NCBI GenBank assembly: GCA_000025185.1
Contig: CP001848.1
Coordinates: 720,001-752,000 of the forward strand
From: Pirellula staleyi DSM 6068
GTDB taxonomy: Bacteria > Planctomycetota > Planctomycetia > Pirellulales > Pirellulaceae
DNA: 32,000 nt
Direction of reading: 5' to 3'
Shown here: one piece after another, positions 9,446 to 18,270 of the stretch
How the letters are laid out: each line of letters opens with the position of its first letter
How positions within the stretch are numbered: the stretch's first letter is position 1
Program-made: the position numbers and the translations under genes
The notes under the pieces: generated by a model
Database searches by the model: none
Told to the model about the DNA's origin: nothing
The model's input: the letters and a program-made list of their open reading frames with translations, nothing else

Positions 9446-9463
9446 GTATTTCCCGCGAAATAC
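9446..9463. promoter_or_regulatory. Perfect 7-bp inverted repeat GTATTTC-CCGC-GAAATAC between the upstream gene stop and marR
   Basis: Base-by-base check of 9446-9452 against 9457-9463. There is no adjacent U-tract on either strand, so it may be a protein-binding site or a weak terminator. Confidence 0.3.
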
Positions 9464-9475
9464 GTATGCCTGGAT

Positions 9476-10354
9476 TTAAGTCGCTGGCAACTGCCGCCGC
9501 GTGCGAAAGGCGTGGATCTCGGAGAAACTCAGAAGACGCGTTTGCGACAGGCAGGCATGGCCGGGGAGATGTAACTCGAAAGCGAGCGTCCCATCGGTCG
9601 TTTCCCAAACGGTATTCTCGTGCGCTTTGCCCCCGATGATCCACCAGATTCGCTCGCCTGCAAGTCCACTCGGCTGCGTGAGCGCGGGATAATCGTCGCG
9701 CATCACCCGCACGAGCGCTGCGAGATCGAGTGGTGGAAGTTTCTTCCACTGAGCCAGCGTCAGCAGTTTCTCGATCGCAGGCTCGCTCCAAGGGCGAAGC
9801 GCAGTGGCCACGGCAATGCGTTCCCACTGCGAAGGGAGACGCAGCAAGATCGCTACATCGTCGTGCGTTAAAAGCTGCCGCGCGTGATAGAGCACGATCT
9901 CGGCGTGCCGCGCGGCGACCATCCCGAGCAGCGACGACGCTTGCTCGCGCCACACCGGCCGGAGCAGCAGTTGCTCGAGCTTGCGCGCGTCGTCACTTCC
10001 GCACGCCTGGGCGAGTCGCGAAAAAAGCTCTTCCCCCAGCGTGCCAAAAGCGACGGCTGCAAAACCGACAGGCCTGCGCCGCAAACTCAGTTCCGCATCG
10101 TGAAAGAGTTTGCATAGCTGATCGACATCGAGCTGATCCTTGCAAAAATCGAGTGCCAGAATCGCGCCGGTCGCCACTTCGATCTGATCGTCAGGCACGA
10201 GCGCAACCAGCGCCGCACACGCTTCGTGCTGCTGATCGGCCCGCAGCGTATCGATCCAGAGCTTGACGTTATCGAGCGCATCGGTGGCCTCGCGCGCATC
10301 AGCATACGGCCCCACTCTTCCCAGCAACCGCTCGCGAACTTCGGATAGATTCAT
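9476..10354 (-). CDS. Hypothetical, predicted mostly alpha-helical protein (292 aa from the first ATG)
   Basis: The first ATG is at 10354 (MNLSEVRERLL). The ORF opens at a TTG at 10414. No family recognised. It is co-directional with, and 141 nt downstream of, the ligase-like gene. Confidence 0.6.
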   Translation of the reverse strand: MNLSEVRERLLGRVGPYADAREATDALDNVKLWIDTLRADQQHEACAALVALVPDDQIEVATGAILALDFCKDQLDVDQLCKLFHDAELSLRRRPVGFAAVAFGTLGEELFSRLAQACGSDDARKLEQLLLRPVWREQASSLLGMVAARHAEIVLYHARQLLTHDDVAILLRLPSQWERIAVATALRPWSEPAIEKLLTLAQWKKLPPLDLAALVRVMRDDYPALTQPSGLAGERIWWIIGGKAHENTVWETTDGTLAFELHLPGHACLSQTRLLSFSEIHAFRTRRQLPAT

Positions 10355-10495
10355 CGAAGCGACACCCTGCGATGCATCGCATGAAGGAAGTGCAGTTATG
10401 AAGTGGAGACACAATCGTGCGGTTCACGAGCCGCTACGACCACTCAGCGCGACAACTGAGGGTCGTACCCATATCGATCCGGCACATCGCGAGCA

Positions 10496-11056
10496 TTAAC
10501 TGCGGCGTTTGGGGCCACTTTTTACGAAGTCGCGGCGCTTGAGTTTTACCATGCGACCATCGGGATGATGCCAGACGATCCCTTCGATTTCGCGACCTAT
10601 CAGATAGTCGCGCAGACCCGCAAAATCGCGTGGCGCATCGTCGAGACGATCTTGACCATGCGGAACGAGCTGATGCGTTTCAAATCGATCGGGGTTCCGC
10701 TGAATCTTGGGGCCCACCAGTTCGTAGGTTCCATCAGGCAGAGCGGCTGATGCCGCCAGCGCTTCGCGATGCCATCGATCGTCGGGGCCATCTCCGACCG
10801 GCACCCAGCCGGGCCAATGGCCGGTCAATGTGTCTGGGTCTTGCGTCGGCTCAAAGTTCGGAGGAGGCGTTTTGCCAGCTTGGGCGTCGTAGCGTTTGTA
10901 AAGCTTGCCCTCGCGCATCAGACAACAGGTGCCGTCGTACTTGCGAGTCGCAATCCCCTCGCCTGCGAGGACCCAAGCAGCCTCGGGAACCACTTCGTCA
11001 CGCACCAAACGATCCGTCTCGTAATTACGCTGAAACAGCGTCACTATCTTGCGCAT
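10496..11056 (-). CDS. Minimal ATP-dependent RNA/DNA-ligase-like nucleotidyltransferase (186 aa, no OB domain)
   Basis: ATG at 11056 lies 9 nt after GGAG. Motif I is ATRKYDGT (KxDG). Later blocks are YELVGPKIQ and EGIVWHHPDGRMVKLKRRDF (motif V-like K-x-K). Confidence 0.7.
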   Translation of the reverse strand: MRKIVTLFQRNYETDRLVRDEVVPEAAWVLAGEGIATRKYDGTCCLMREGKLYKRYDAQAGKTPPPNFEPTQDPDTLTGHWPGWVPVGDGPDDRWHREALAASAALPDGTYELVGPKIQRNPDRFETHQLVPHGQDRLDDAPRDFAGLRDYLIGREIEGIVWHHPDGRMVKLKRRDFVKSGPKRRS

Positions 11057-11342
11057 CGGTCGAATCTCCGTCTGGAATCCGGGTTTTCGTCACAAGGTCC
11101 AAGACCTACCTGAGTCTCCGAAAGTTCGCGCCCAAGGCTTACGAATGACAGGAACTCTATTTCTAGAGGGCAGCTTATTTTTTGCCAGCGGCTGCTACGT
11201 CTTATTTTGCAAGTTCTTCAGCGCCACAAGTACAGCCAAGCAGACGCGAAAACTCCGCAGAATCACCCAGGTTTTCGCCATTTGAGGAATATTCTTCGCT
11301 CTTAGGTGCTCTCTAGTTTGGTCGACCTGGGAGGCGACGAGG

Positions 11343-12041
11343 ATGAATGTGCGCGTACTTTTGCGGATCGTTCTCGGCGGCGCGCGACGCGTACTGAAAT
11401 GGTCGCTGCTCGGCTTGGCCGTCTACCTGCTCGTCATCGCCGTGGGGCTGATCCCGGTCAACAATCACTTCACTCCGACAGAAAATGGGATTGAGATCTT
11501 GGTGATCTCCAATGCAGTGCATGCCGATCTGGTGATGCCAGTCCGGACCGACGTGATCGACTGGTCCGAGGAGTTCGACCCGCACTGTTTTCCTGCGGAG
11601 ACCAGCCACCTTTCGCATGTGGCGATTGGCTGGGGAGATCGAGGCTTCTTTCTCGAAACGCCGACCTGGGCCGATCTGAAAGTATCGACCGCTGCCCACG
11701 CGCTGCTGTGGCCCTCGCAGAGCTGTTTGCATGTCGGCTACACGAGACCCGAGTATCTGGGCCAGGCAGCGTCGGTGAGGATCTCACGCGATCAGTATCG
11801 CCAACTTGTCGCGTTCATTCGCCAATCAGCGGCACGCGACAGCGAGGGGCGTTATCGACACATCGAAGGCTATGCTTACGGCCCAAGCGATGCGTTTTTC
11901 GATGCCAATGGAAGCTATCATTTGCTGAGCACTTGCAACTCCTGGGTCGGTCGCGCCCTCCGCTCCGCGGAAGTCCGCACCCCCTGGCAATCCTCGTGGC
12001 CCCAAACCCCGCTGCTTTATTTGCCAGTGGAGGGTGAGTAA
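11343..12041 (+). CDS. TIGR02117 / DUF2459 family membrane-anchored protein
   Basis: There is an N-terminal TM helix. The blocks HADLVMP, IGWGDRGFFLETPTW and LLSTCNSWVGRAL are typical of this family. GGGAGG lies upstream of the ATG. Confidence 0.75.
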   Translation: MNVRVLLRIVLGGARRVLKWSLLGLAVYLLVIAVGLIPVNNHFTPTENGIEILVISNAVHADLVMPVRTDVIDWSEEFDPHCFPAETSHLSHVAIGWGDRGFFLETPTWADLKVSTAAHALLWPSQSCLHVGYTRPEYLGQAASVRISRDQYRQLVAFIRQSAARDSEGRYRHIEGYAYGPSDAFFDANGSYHLLSTCNSWVGRALRSAEVRTPWQSSWPQTPLLYLPVEGE

Positions 12042-12128
12042 GGGAAAGAGGGTAAAACCTCTAATATGCACTTACAATAACATAAGAACTGTTCGCTAAT
12101 GCTGATTTCACGACTGGAAAGGGAGTGC

Positions 12129-13223
12129 ATGTCCCCAGGCAAGGAATATTACGTCAAACAGTTGGCAACCGTGAAAGAAAAGCGGAGTCAACTAGGCAGC
12201 GACAGCCCAATATCGAATGCGTTGACAGACGAGCTACTAGACGGCATTGCCAATTTCATTAACGCAACACCATTACATGAAATTAGCTACTCCAGATGGC
12301 CGCTAACCTATAGCTACTGCTGTGCGCTTTCAATCAATCAGCTTCGTGAGTTTAACGACGATATTTGCTTAGTCCTTTCAAAATGCAAAAGCAAAAGCGA
12401 TCGAAAGAGACTTGTTGGATTCCTTTCACATCGAGCAGACAAGGACGAAGACAAGGACAACACTCTTGGAGTATGGTTTGGCGAACATTTTGATATCTGG
12501 ACAAAAGCTAATGCCATCCGAAGTGGACTCGGCGTAGTTTTTGACGAGAAATTACCGAGTTCAAAAAAGAATAACGATATATCAGTTATAATTAATGATC
12601 GAAAAATCCGCCTCGAGTCGACAGTGATATCGGAAGCCAAGGACATAAGGCAAGCATGGAATACCTTTCGAGAGCAGCGGAAGCGAAGCTCAGTCCCGAG
12701 CACCCAAGGACTTACCGTCGAGGAATTGCGAAAACTGCAAGGCCCTAGTCTTTATACTTCGGTAGTGCGAATCTACAGAAAAGTATTCGACAAACTCGCC
12801 AGGAAATTCAATCCGATCAAGAGTCAGCTCAGTGAGTCTTCGCCAAACATACTTCTACTCTCATGTACAAAGACAAGTAGGATCGCAAATTCAAAAGCTG
12901 TGGATTGGGCACTAAATGAGCTTTTTCGAATCTATCCCGACCTCTCTTCAATGTGTAGCGAATTGCCCGACTGGAGTGTCAACTTCCCAAAATGGCTAAA
13001 AACAGAGGTTTTTCAAGACCAAGAGGTTGATGAAGCCAATTGGAGTAGGTATGAGGCATTGCGTGATGCTATCAGGAAAATCAGCGGCGTACTTGTTTTC
13101 AACGGTAATGAGCTATGTCACTCTAGAATCAACTACAATGCTCTTCCAAAGTGCCTTGTAAGCCATGAGGAGATGCTGCGGACCGAAAGAATTTTTACCA
13201 ATTGTTCAGACTATCTTCCTTAA
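12129..13223 (+). CDS. Orphan hypothetical protein (364 aa; 374 aa if ATG 12099 is used), AT-rich codon usage
   Basis: It is the only long ORF in the island. ATG 12129 follows GGAAAGGGAG. The protein is Lys/Asn/Ser/Ile-rich, and no known family was recognised by eye. Confidence 0.65.
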   Translation: MSPGKEYYVKQLATVKEKRSQLGSDSPISNALTDELLDGIANFINATPLHEISYSRWPLTYSYCCALSINQLREFNDDICLVLSKCKSKSDRKRLVGFLSHRADKDEDKDNTLGVWFGEHFDIWTKANAIRSGLGVVFDEKLPSSKKNNDISVIINDRKIRLESTVISEAKDIRQAWNTFREQRKRSSVPSTQGLTVEELRKLQGPSLYTSVVRIYRKVFDKLARKFNPIKSQLSESSPNILLLSCTKTSRIANSKAVDWALNELFRIYPDLSSMCSELPDWSVNFPKWLKTEVFQDQEVDEANWSRYEALRDAIRKISGVLVFNGNELCHSRINYNALPKCLVSHEEMLRTERIFTNCSDYLP

Positions 13224-13295
13224 TGCCGGCTTCGGGTTAGCCAACCTACGGGAGGCAGGCGGGAGCCTGCCCTACACAAATGACCAAGGCGCATG

Positions 13296-13330
13296 AAAAA
13301 GGCCAGTAGAACTGGGGAGTGCTACTGGCC
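13296..13330 (-). terminator. Rho-independent terminator of the desaturase gene
   Basis: GGCCAGTAG (13301-13309) pairs with CTACTGGCC (13322-13330) as a 9-bp perfect stem around a 12-nt loop. On the minus strand it is followed by TTTTT (complement of A 13296-13300). Confidence 0.7.
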
Positions 13331-13349
13331 TTCAAGGTTTTAGGTGGCA

Positions 13350-13374
13350 GCTTCAGCTATTCAGTAGCTGAAGC
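13350..13374 (-). terminator. Perfect 10-bp stem-loop directly after the desaturase stop (no U-tract)
   Basis: GCTTCAGCTA (13350-13359) pairs with TAGCTGAAGC (13365-13374) around the loop TTCAG. Confidence 0.4.
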
Positions 13375-13396
13375 ATACTAGGGAGCTGGGCTCGCA

Positions 13397-14407
13397 CTAG
13401 GCGGGCTTTTCGCCGCGGCGGCGGTAGTTAACGATGTCCCAAGCAAGGCCGGTGAATTTCAGCACGCGGATGGCTTGGTAGGTGATGTCGAATTCCCACC
13501 ACTGATGGCCGTGAACAGCCATGCGTGGGTAGGCGTGGTGGTTGTTGTGCCAGCCTTCGCCGTAGGCCACGATGGCGACCCACCAGTTGTTGCGGCTGTC
13601 GTCGGTGGTTTCGTAGTTGCGATAGCCGAACATGTGGCTGGCCGAGTTCACGAACCACGTGGCGTGCAGCACGCCGACGAGTCGCAGAACCACGCCGTAG
13701 ACCAGGAACGACATCCCCATGTAGTGGCCGCCGATCAGGTAGCCCAGACCGTAGAACACAGCTCCGCTGACGAACTGAATCGGCAGGAAGAGGTTCGAGA
13801 TCAGGACGAGGCCTGGGTCTTTGAGCATGTCGGGAACCCACTTCTCGAGGTGAGCTCTGTGCTGAGCTGGTGGACGGGTGACCGTCAGCCACTGAGCGTG
13901 GCTCCACCAAGCTCCATCGTGTGGCGAGTGAGGATCGCCTTCTTTATCGCTGAAGGCGTGATGTTCGCGGTGGTTGGCAACCCAGTCGAGGGCCGAGCCT
14001 TCGCCAGCGAGTCCGCCGATGACCGCGAGGGTCCATTTCACAATCGGATAGGTTTTGAAACCGGTGTGCGTCAGCAAACGATGGAAGCCCATGCAGATGC
14101 CGAGGCTGCCAGTCATCCAGTGCATGACGAAGAAAGCGGCCAGACCAGCCCAGCTGAAGTAGAACGGAGCTGCGAGGGCTCCGATGTGCAGCAGCACCAG
14201 CCAGGTGCAAGCGGCCCAGTTATAGGAGGTGCGTTCGCCAATGCGATCGCGCTTCTTGGGAGCTTCGGCCTGCTTGCGTTCTTGACGCTCGCGGACGGCA
14301 GCATCTTTTTTCTTTTGACGCTTGATCGCCAACTTGCGGAGCTTCGGTGGCAAGCTCAGCGTATCCACACCGTCGATAAGGTCGTTTTCTGACGTAACAG
14401 TCGCCAC
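13397..14407 (-). CDS. Acyl-CoA (delta-9 type) fatty-acid desaturase, membrane di-iron
   Basis: The three His boxes are HRLLTH, HREHH and HNNHHAYP, with TM segments between them. The proposed GTG start at 14407 (giving ATVTSENDL) follows AGGAA. The ORF stays open to 14848 but contains no ATG, and the extension looks non-protein-like. Confidence 0.8.
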   Translation of the reverse strand: MATVTSENDLIDGVDTLSLPPKLRKLAIKRQKKKDAAVRERQERKQAEAPKKRDRIGERTSYNWAACTWLVLLHIGALAAPFYFSWAGLAAFFVMHWMTGSLGICMGFHRLLTHTGFKTYPIVKWTLAVIGGLAGEGSALDWVANHREHHAFSDKEGDPHSPHDGAWWSHAQWLTVTRPPAQHRAHLEKWVPDMLKDPGLVLISNLFLPIQFVSGAVFYGLGYLIGGHYMGMSFLVYGVVLRLVGVLHATWFVNSASHMFGYRNYETTDDSRNNWWVAIVAYGEGWHNNHHAYPRMAVHGHQWWEFDITYQAIRVLKFTGLAWDIVNYRRRGEKPA

Positions 14408-14850
14408 GTTGTAGTTTCCTGCGAGAAAGTATTTCCAGCCGCTCTCGGTCGACCTAAGCCTTGGGGAAACCGAGTCACGTGAGCAGCTGATACCAATCGG
14501 CGAGCTACGCAGCGTGTTGCAAGCGATGCACTTGTCTGGTGCATGTTGGGGATTGTAGGAGCCATCGGCGGGGCAAGAGTATTCGTAGCGCTTGGGGGTG
14601 GTAATAGTTATGTAACGAGCGTTACCAGCCACCCCTAAAACAGCGCAAACCCTTCCACAACAGCGACTTACAAACAACACGCCGGCGGGCAAGCATCGCC
14701 GGAAACTTCCGAGAAAACTCTTGCAAGCCACGTTTTGGGCTTGGCGAGGTGCGCGAGAAATGGCGTGCGATCGACTGTGCACCCCACGAAAGAACGCGCG
14801 ACAGTTAGGTGGGCGAAAATCGTCGCGCGGCAAACTCGTGCAGCGCAAGC

Positions 14851-16005
14851 TTATTTCGCCGCTGGTTTGATCTCGAAATCGATCGTGATGAACTTCTGAT
14901 CGATCACGCGATCGAGTGGTCGCAGCTCGTCGACCTCAAACGCCTTGCCAAGCTGATTGCCAGCGAGGTCCTCGAGCACCGTATCGATTCGCAGCTGATA
15001 CGCTCCAGCGGGCCAAGGGCGACGCGGAACGAGTTTCCAAATTCGGTCGTCATTCTCGAGGCAGATGACGCCAGGAACCGGCTCGCCATCGGGACCGAGC
15101 ACTTCAATGGTTCGCTGCAAAAGCGCGTGATCCATCGAACGATCAAACTGCAACTTCAGCGGAAGCTGGGACATCGCTTCCAGCGGCTCGAGCTTCCATG
15201 ACTTATGGTCGACCGCCGTTCGAATCGGCTCGACGATTTCGAAACTCTTTTCGTAGCTGCTGACCAGAGGCCGACCATGGGCATCGAGCAGCCCGCGATC
15301 GATTACGAGTTTATACCTGTTGCCGACTTCGAACACCGGGCCGATGATCTCGCGCGGGGCAACACCCTGCTTGATACGACCGGGATCGACGAGCAGTGTC
15401 AGCCGCTGCTGAGCCCCGTCCCAAAACTCTTCCCCGATTTCGAGGAACGGTTCGACGATCACTTCTCCTTGGGCGTCGAGCAAACGGACATGCTTGTAGA
15501 CATCCCCCCGGCTCATTGCGCCGCTGAAGTGAACATAGAACTTCAGCTGATTTTCGGGGAGCTTATCGGCCGTCGGATAGACCTGACTGACGCTCGAGCG
15601 CGCGGGAAGTTTTTTCGCATCGGTAGTGATGGTTTTGGTGATCGATTCGCCGGTGCCGAGTAGATCGAGTCGCAGTGTCGCACGAAATGCTTGCCCGGCG
15701 CGAAGCGGATAGATGGGAACCAGTTCAAGACCGGACTCTGTCGCGATTACCTTGGCACCGACATTCGGGAGCGGCTGTTTCGCCGCAGGATCGATGATGG
15801 CGAGCGAGAACAAGTCGCCAAGCTTGCCACCCGCTTTTTCAAACGCCACGATTTTCCGCACATCGAGCGGCTCGGCACGCACCACCATTGCGCTGTCGTC
15901 GAAAGATTTTCCGAGCAGAATCTCGGTGGGTGAATCTTCGCCGCGCAGCGCCGCAGCGATCGAGAGAGCAAAGATCAGCGTGCTGCAAAGTCCCCAGCAG
16001 AACAT
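14851..16005 (-). CDS. Secreted hypothetical protein, beta-rich (Ig-like/SbsA-type repeats suspected)
   Basis: ATG at 16005 gives the signal peptide MFCWGLCSTLIFALSIAAALRGED. The C-terminal block VLEDLAGNQLGKAF resembles bacterial Ig-like domain ends. No firm family assignment. Confidence 0.7.
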   Translation of the reverse strand: MFCWGLCSTLIFALSIAAALRGEDSPTEILLGKSFDDSAMVVRAEPLDVRKIVAFEKAGGKLGDLFSLAIIDPAAKQPLPNVGAKVIATESGLELVPIYPLRAGQAFRATLRLDLLGTGESITKTITTDAKKLPARSSVSQVYPTADKLPENQLKFYVHFSGAMSRGDVYKHVRLLDAQGEVIVEPFLEIGEEFWDGAQQRLTLLVDPGRIKQGVAPREIIGPVFEVGNRYKLVIDRGLLDAHGRPLVSSYEKSFEIVEPIRTAVDHKSWKLEPLEAMSQLPLKLQFDRSMDHALLQRTIEVLGPDGEPVPGVICLENDDRIWKLVPRRPWPAGAYQLRIDTVLEDLAGNQLGKAFEVDELRPLDRVIDQKFITIDFEIKPAAK

Positions 16006-16143
16006 AGCGATGCGACGGTTCACAGGCGCGCTCCTACAGTGCAAGCTCGGTTAGCGCAAAACAGAAGGCCTCAAGCAAAAAGCTACGCGACAGCCGATCG
16101 CCATCGCGTAGCAAGGATTTGCCAGGTAGTGTCTTCGTGCCGA

Positions 16144-17259
16144 CTAGGGGAGCGGAATGCTTTCGAGCTTCACCCCAGCCGTGGTTCGCACGAGCAAAAG
16201 CACATCTCCTTCGCCGAGGCGATCGAGATGTTCGACCCCTTCGAGTCCTGCCAGTGTCTCGTAACCAAGACCTGCTTTATCGTCGATTTTCGAGGTGATT
16301 CCTTCGACTTTTTCGATTTCGTCGGTCGACATCTTCATCACGCCGCGGGCCGAGTTGGCCATGAGCAGATAGGTCCGTCCACCCTTTTCATACGACACGA
16401 TATCGAGCGGCCGATTCCGATTGCCGAGCTCGGCGATCGTGGTGCCGCGCAGCTTGGTGCCAGGCTTGAGATCAGCCACTGGGAGCTTCACGAGGGGCGT
16501 GCAGGTGTAAGCAGCGAGCAAGTGGGGCTCGCCACCGAACATGAACGGGGTGAAGGTTCGAACGGGGGAGCGCGTTTCATAAGCGCCGTGGGCACCGTGA
16601 TAGATTTCGACAGCGGTCGACGTGTCGGCCGAGGTGAACGGGAATGCAATCACGCGCATCGTCGAGGCGAACTCTTCGTTCGAAAGACCAGCGACGTAGA
16701 GTTTCTCTTCAACGAACGCCAAATCGGTGATCGATTCGAGACGCACTAGATTTCCGCGACGATCCTTCTGATCAGGACCTGGCGCATTCTTGATCGCAAT
16801 GACGGCGTAGTTGACGCTCGCCAAATCGACAGGAGCAACTTCTCCCTTGGTGTTCACCGTGACGATGGCGGGAAGCGCGTCGGGACCTTTGCCGCGCGAT
16901 ACCGAGACATAGGCCACGTTGGTGCCAGGCTGCACCGCCATGTCGTTGATCAATAGATCGCTGGCAGGAATGCCGAGCGCGGCTGCGATTTTGGCATCGA
17001 CACCTTCCAGCTTAAAGCCAGCAGGTTCGCTGGTGCTGCCAGCAGGCACACCGATGGCAAACAGCTGAGCGCCGATCGGATCGCCGACGAACAGCACGCC
17101 AGCGGGGCCGAACGTTAGAGGTCCGGCACTTTTGAGTTCGGGTTTACCTTGTTTTTCGAGTCCAGCAGGAGCATCGGCTGCCGATGCCATGCCTGCGACA
17201 ATCAGCGAGCATGCCAGCATCGAGCCAGCGAGCAAGCCGCGAAACCATGAACGTTTCAT
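16144..17259 (-). CDS. Secreted hypothetical protein (possible beta-propeller-like fold)
   Basis: ATG at 17259 follows GGAG. The signal peptide is MKRSWFRGLLAGSMLACSLIVAGMASAADA. No family recognised. Confidence 0.7.
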   Translation of the reverse strand: MKRSWFRGLLAGSMLACSLIVAGMASAADAPAGLEKQGKPELKSAGPLTFGPAGVLFVGDPIGAQLFAIGVPAGSTSEPAGFKLEGVDAKIAAALGIPASDLLINDMAVQPGTNVAYVSVSRGKGPDALPAIVTVNTKGEVAPVDLASVNYAVIAIKNAPGPDQKDRRGNLVRLESITDLAFVEEKLYVAGLSNEEFASTMRVIAFPFTSADTSTAVEIYHGAHGAYETRSPVRTFTPFMFGGEPHLLAAYTCTPLVKLPVADLKPGTKLRGTTIAELGNRNRPLDIVSYEKGGRTYLLMANSARGVMKMSTDEIEKVEGITSKIDDKAGLGYETLAGLEGVEHLDRLGEGDVLLLVRTTAGVKLESIPLP

Positions 17260-17586
17260 GCCAGAAATCTCCGAATAGCGAGAGAACAAAACGGTGATTC
17301 AATCGAAAACACGCAAACGCTCCGTAGCCCTTGCGCGCGTGAGTGCTGTACGAACAACTATCCTGGGTGGTTCGCGCATGGTACCAACTTCGCCCACCAG
17401 AAGAAAGGATTTCCTCGCCCCTCGAGCTGCTGCGATAGGCAGGAAAATCTCGCTGTCTACGCACGATCCAAAAACAATCCTGCAGCAACGATCTCGCTTG
17501 CAATTGGAGCGACAGCAACCGAGCATGACACCAGTTTCGTCGCTGCTCGCTCCCCCGAGCCCCTCTCTTCGCGAAAGACCCTTTGC

Positions 17587-18270
17587 ATGCCGACTCCCAA
17601 GCAAGTGCAACAAATCAAGCAACTTTGCGGCGACTATGCGAGCGAGGAATTGCTCGAACACTTCGAGCTGGTCGCAGCGCTACCGAGCGCCGAGATGGTG
17701 AACTTGCTAGGCCCCAAAGAATGCCTGACGCTATCGAAATCGCTGCGCTCGTTTCATCCTGTCGCCGAGAGGCTCGGCGGTATTGTGCTCGATGATCCCG
17801 ACACGAGTAACCATCATCTGCTGCTGACAGTAGGCCCTTGTGCCGGCGCCGTGTTGTACCTCGATCACGATGGCGATACGCGAATCGTGTACGCCGACCT
17901 GGCGAGCTTTCGCGAAGCGGCCCAGCAAGCCATGGAAGAAGAGAGTTTTCTTGGCGATTTGCAGGAGCCTGGAGGTGTGATGCTGAAAGATCAGCCGCAG
18001 CTGAGCGCGCTGGTCGCCGAGCTGCTGGAAGAAGAGAGCGAGGAGAGCAGTGCGGTGATTCTAGCGCTCCTGCCGTCGCTGAATCTGTCGAACAAAGCGC
18101 TGTTGATGAAGCTCGCCAGCAGTAGCGATTTTTTTGTGGTCGAAGCGCTCGCGATGGCGATTGCGCTCCGTCCGAAGAAATTGCTCAAGCCGATCGCCGA
18201 GCTTTGTGCCAAGCACAAACACCCGCAAGTCGCTCGCGCTGGTAAACAGGCCCTCGCCAAAATCAAATAG
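17587..18270 (+). CDS. Hypothetical protein; N-terminal SUKH/SMI1-KNR4-like region, acidic linker, C-terminal HEAT-like helices
   Basis: The segment GGIVLDDPDTSNHHLLLTVGPCAGAVLYLDHDGDTRIVYADLASFREA resembles the SUKH core. The C-terminus HPQVARAGKQALAKI is HEAT/PBS-lyase-repeat-like. Confidence 0.55.
   Translation: MPTPKQVQQIKQLCGDYASEELLEHFELVAALPSAEMVNLLGPKECLTLSKSLRSFHPVAERLGGIVLDDPDTSNHHLLLTVGPCAGAVLYLDHDGDTRIVYADLASFREAAQQAMEEESFLGDLQEPGGVMLKDQPQLSALVAELLEEESEESSAVILALLPSLNLSNKALLMKLASSSDFFVVEALAMAIALRPKKLLKPIAELCAKHKHPQVARAGKQALAKIK

Larger units (their letters stand above)
12042..13396. other. Low-GC compositional island carrying a single ORF
   Basis: Hand-counted GC inside the island is 29/60 (12121-12180) and 16/60 (12541-12600). 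In the flanks it is 45/60 (11941-12000) and 33/60 (13441-13500). Confidence 0.7.

Noticed and set aside
12053-13342. An 8-bp inverted repeat (TAAAACCT at 12053-12060 and AGGTTTTA at 13335-13342) near both edges of the low-GC island, as possible terminal repeats
   Set aside because: It is only 8 bp and does not extend. My rough estimate of a chance match within two ~100-bp edge windows is above 10 percent. No transposase is present.
14408-14848. N-terminal 147-codon extension of the desaturase ORF as real coding sequence
   Set aside because: It has no ATG, an Arg/Cys-rich composition and intergenic-like lower GC. A GTG with an AGGAA RBS at 14407 gives a normal-length desaturase. It is kept as a finding about the leader instead.
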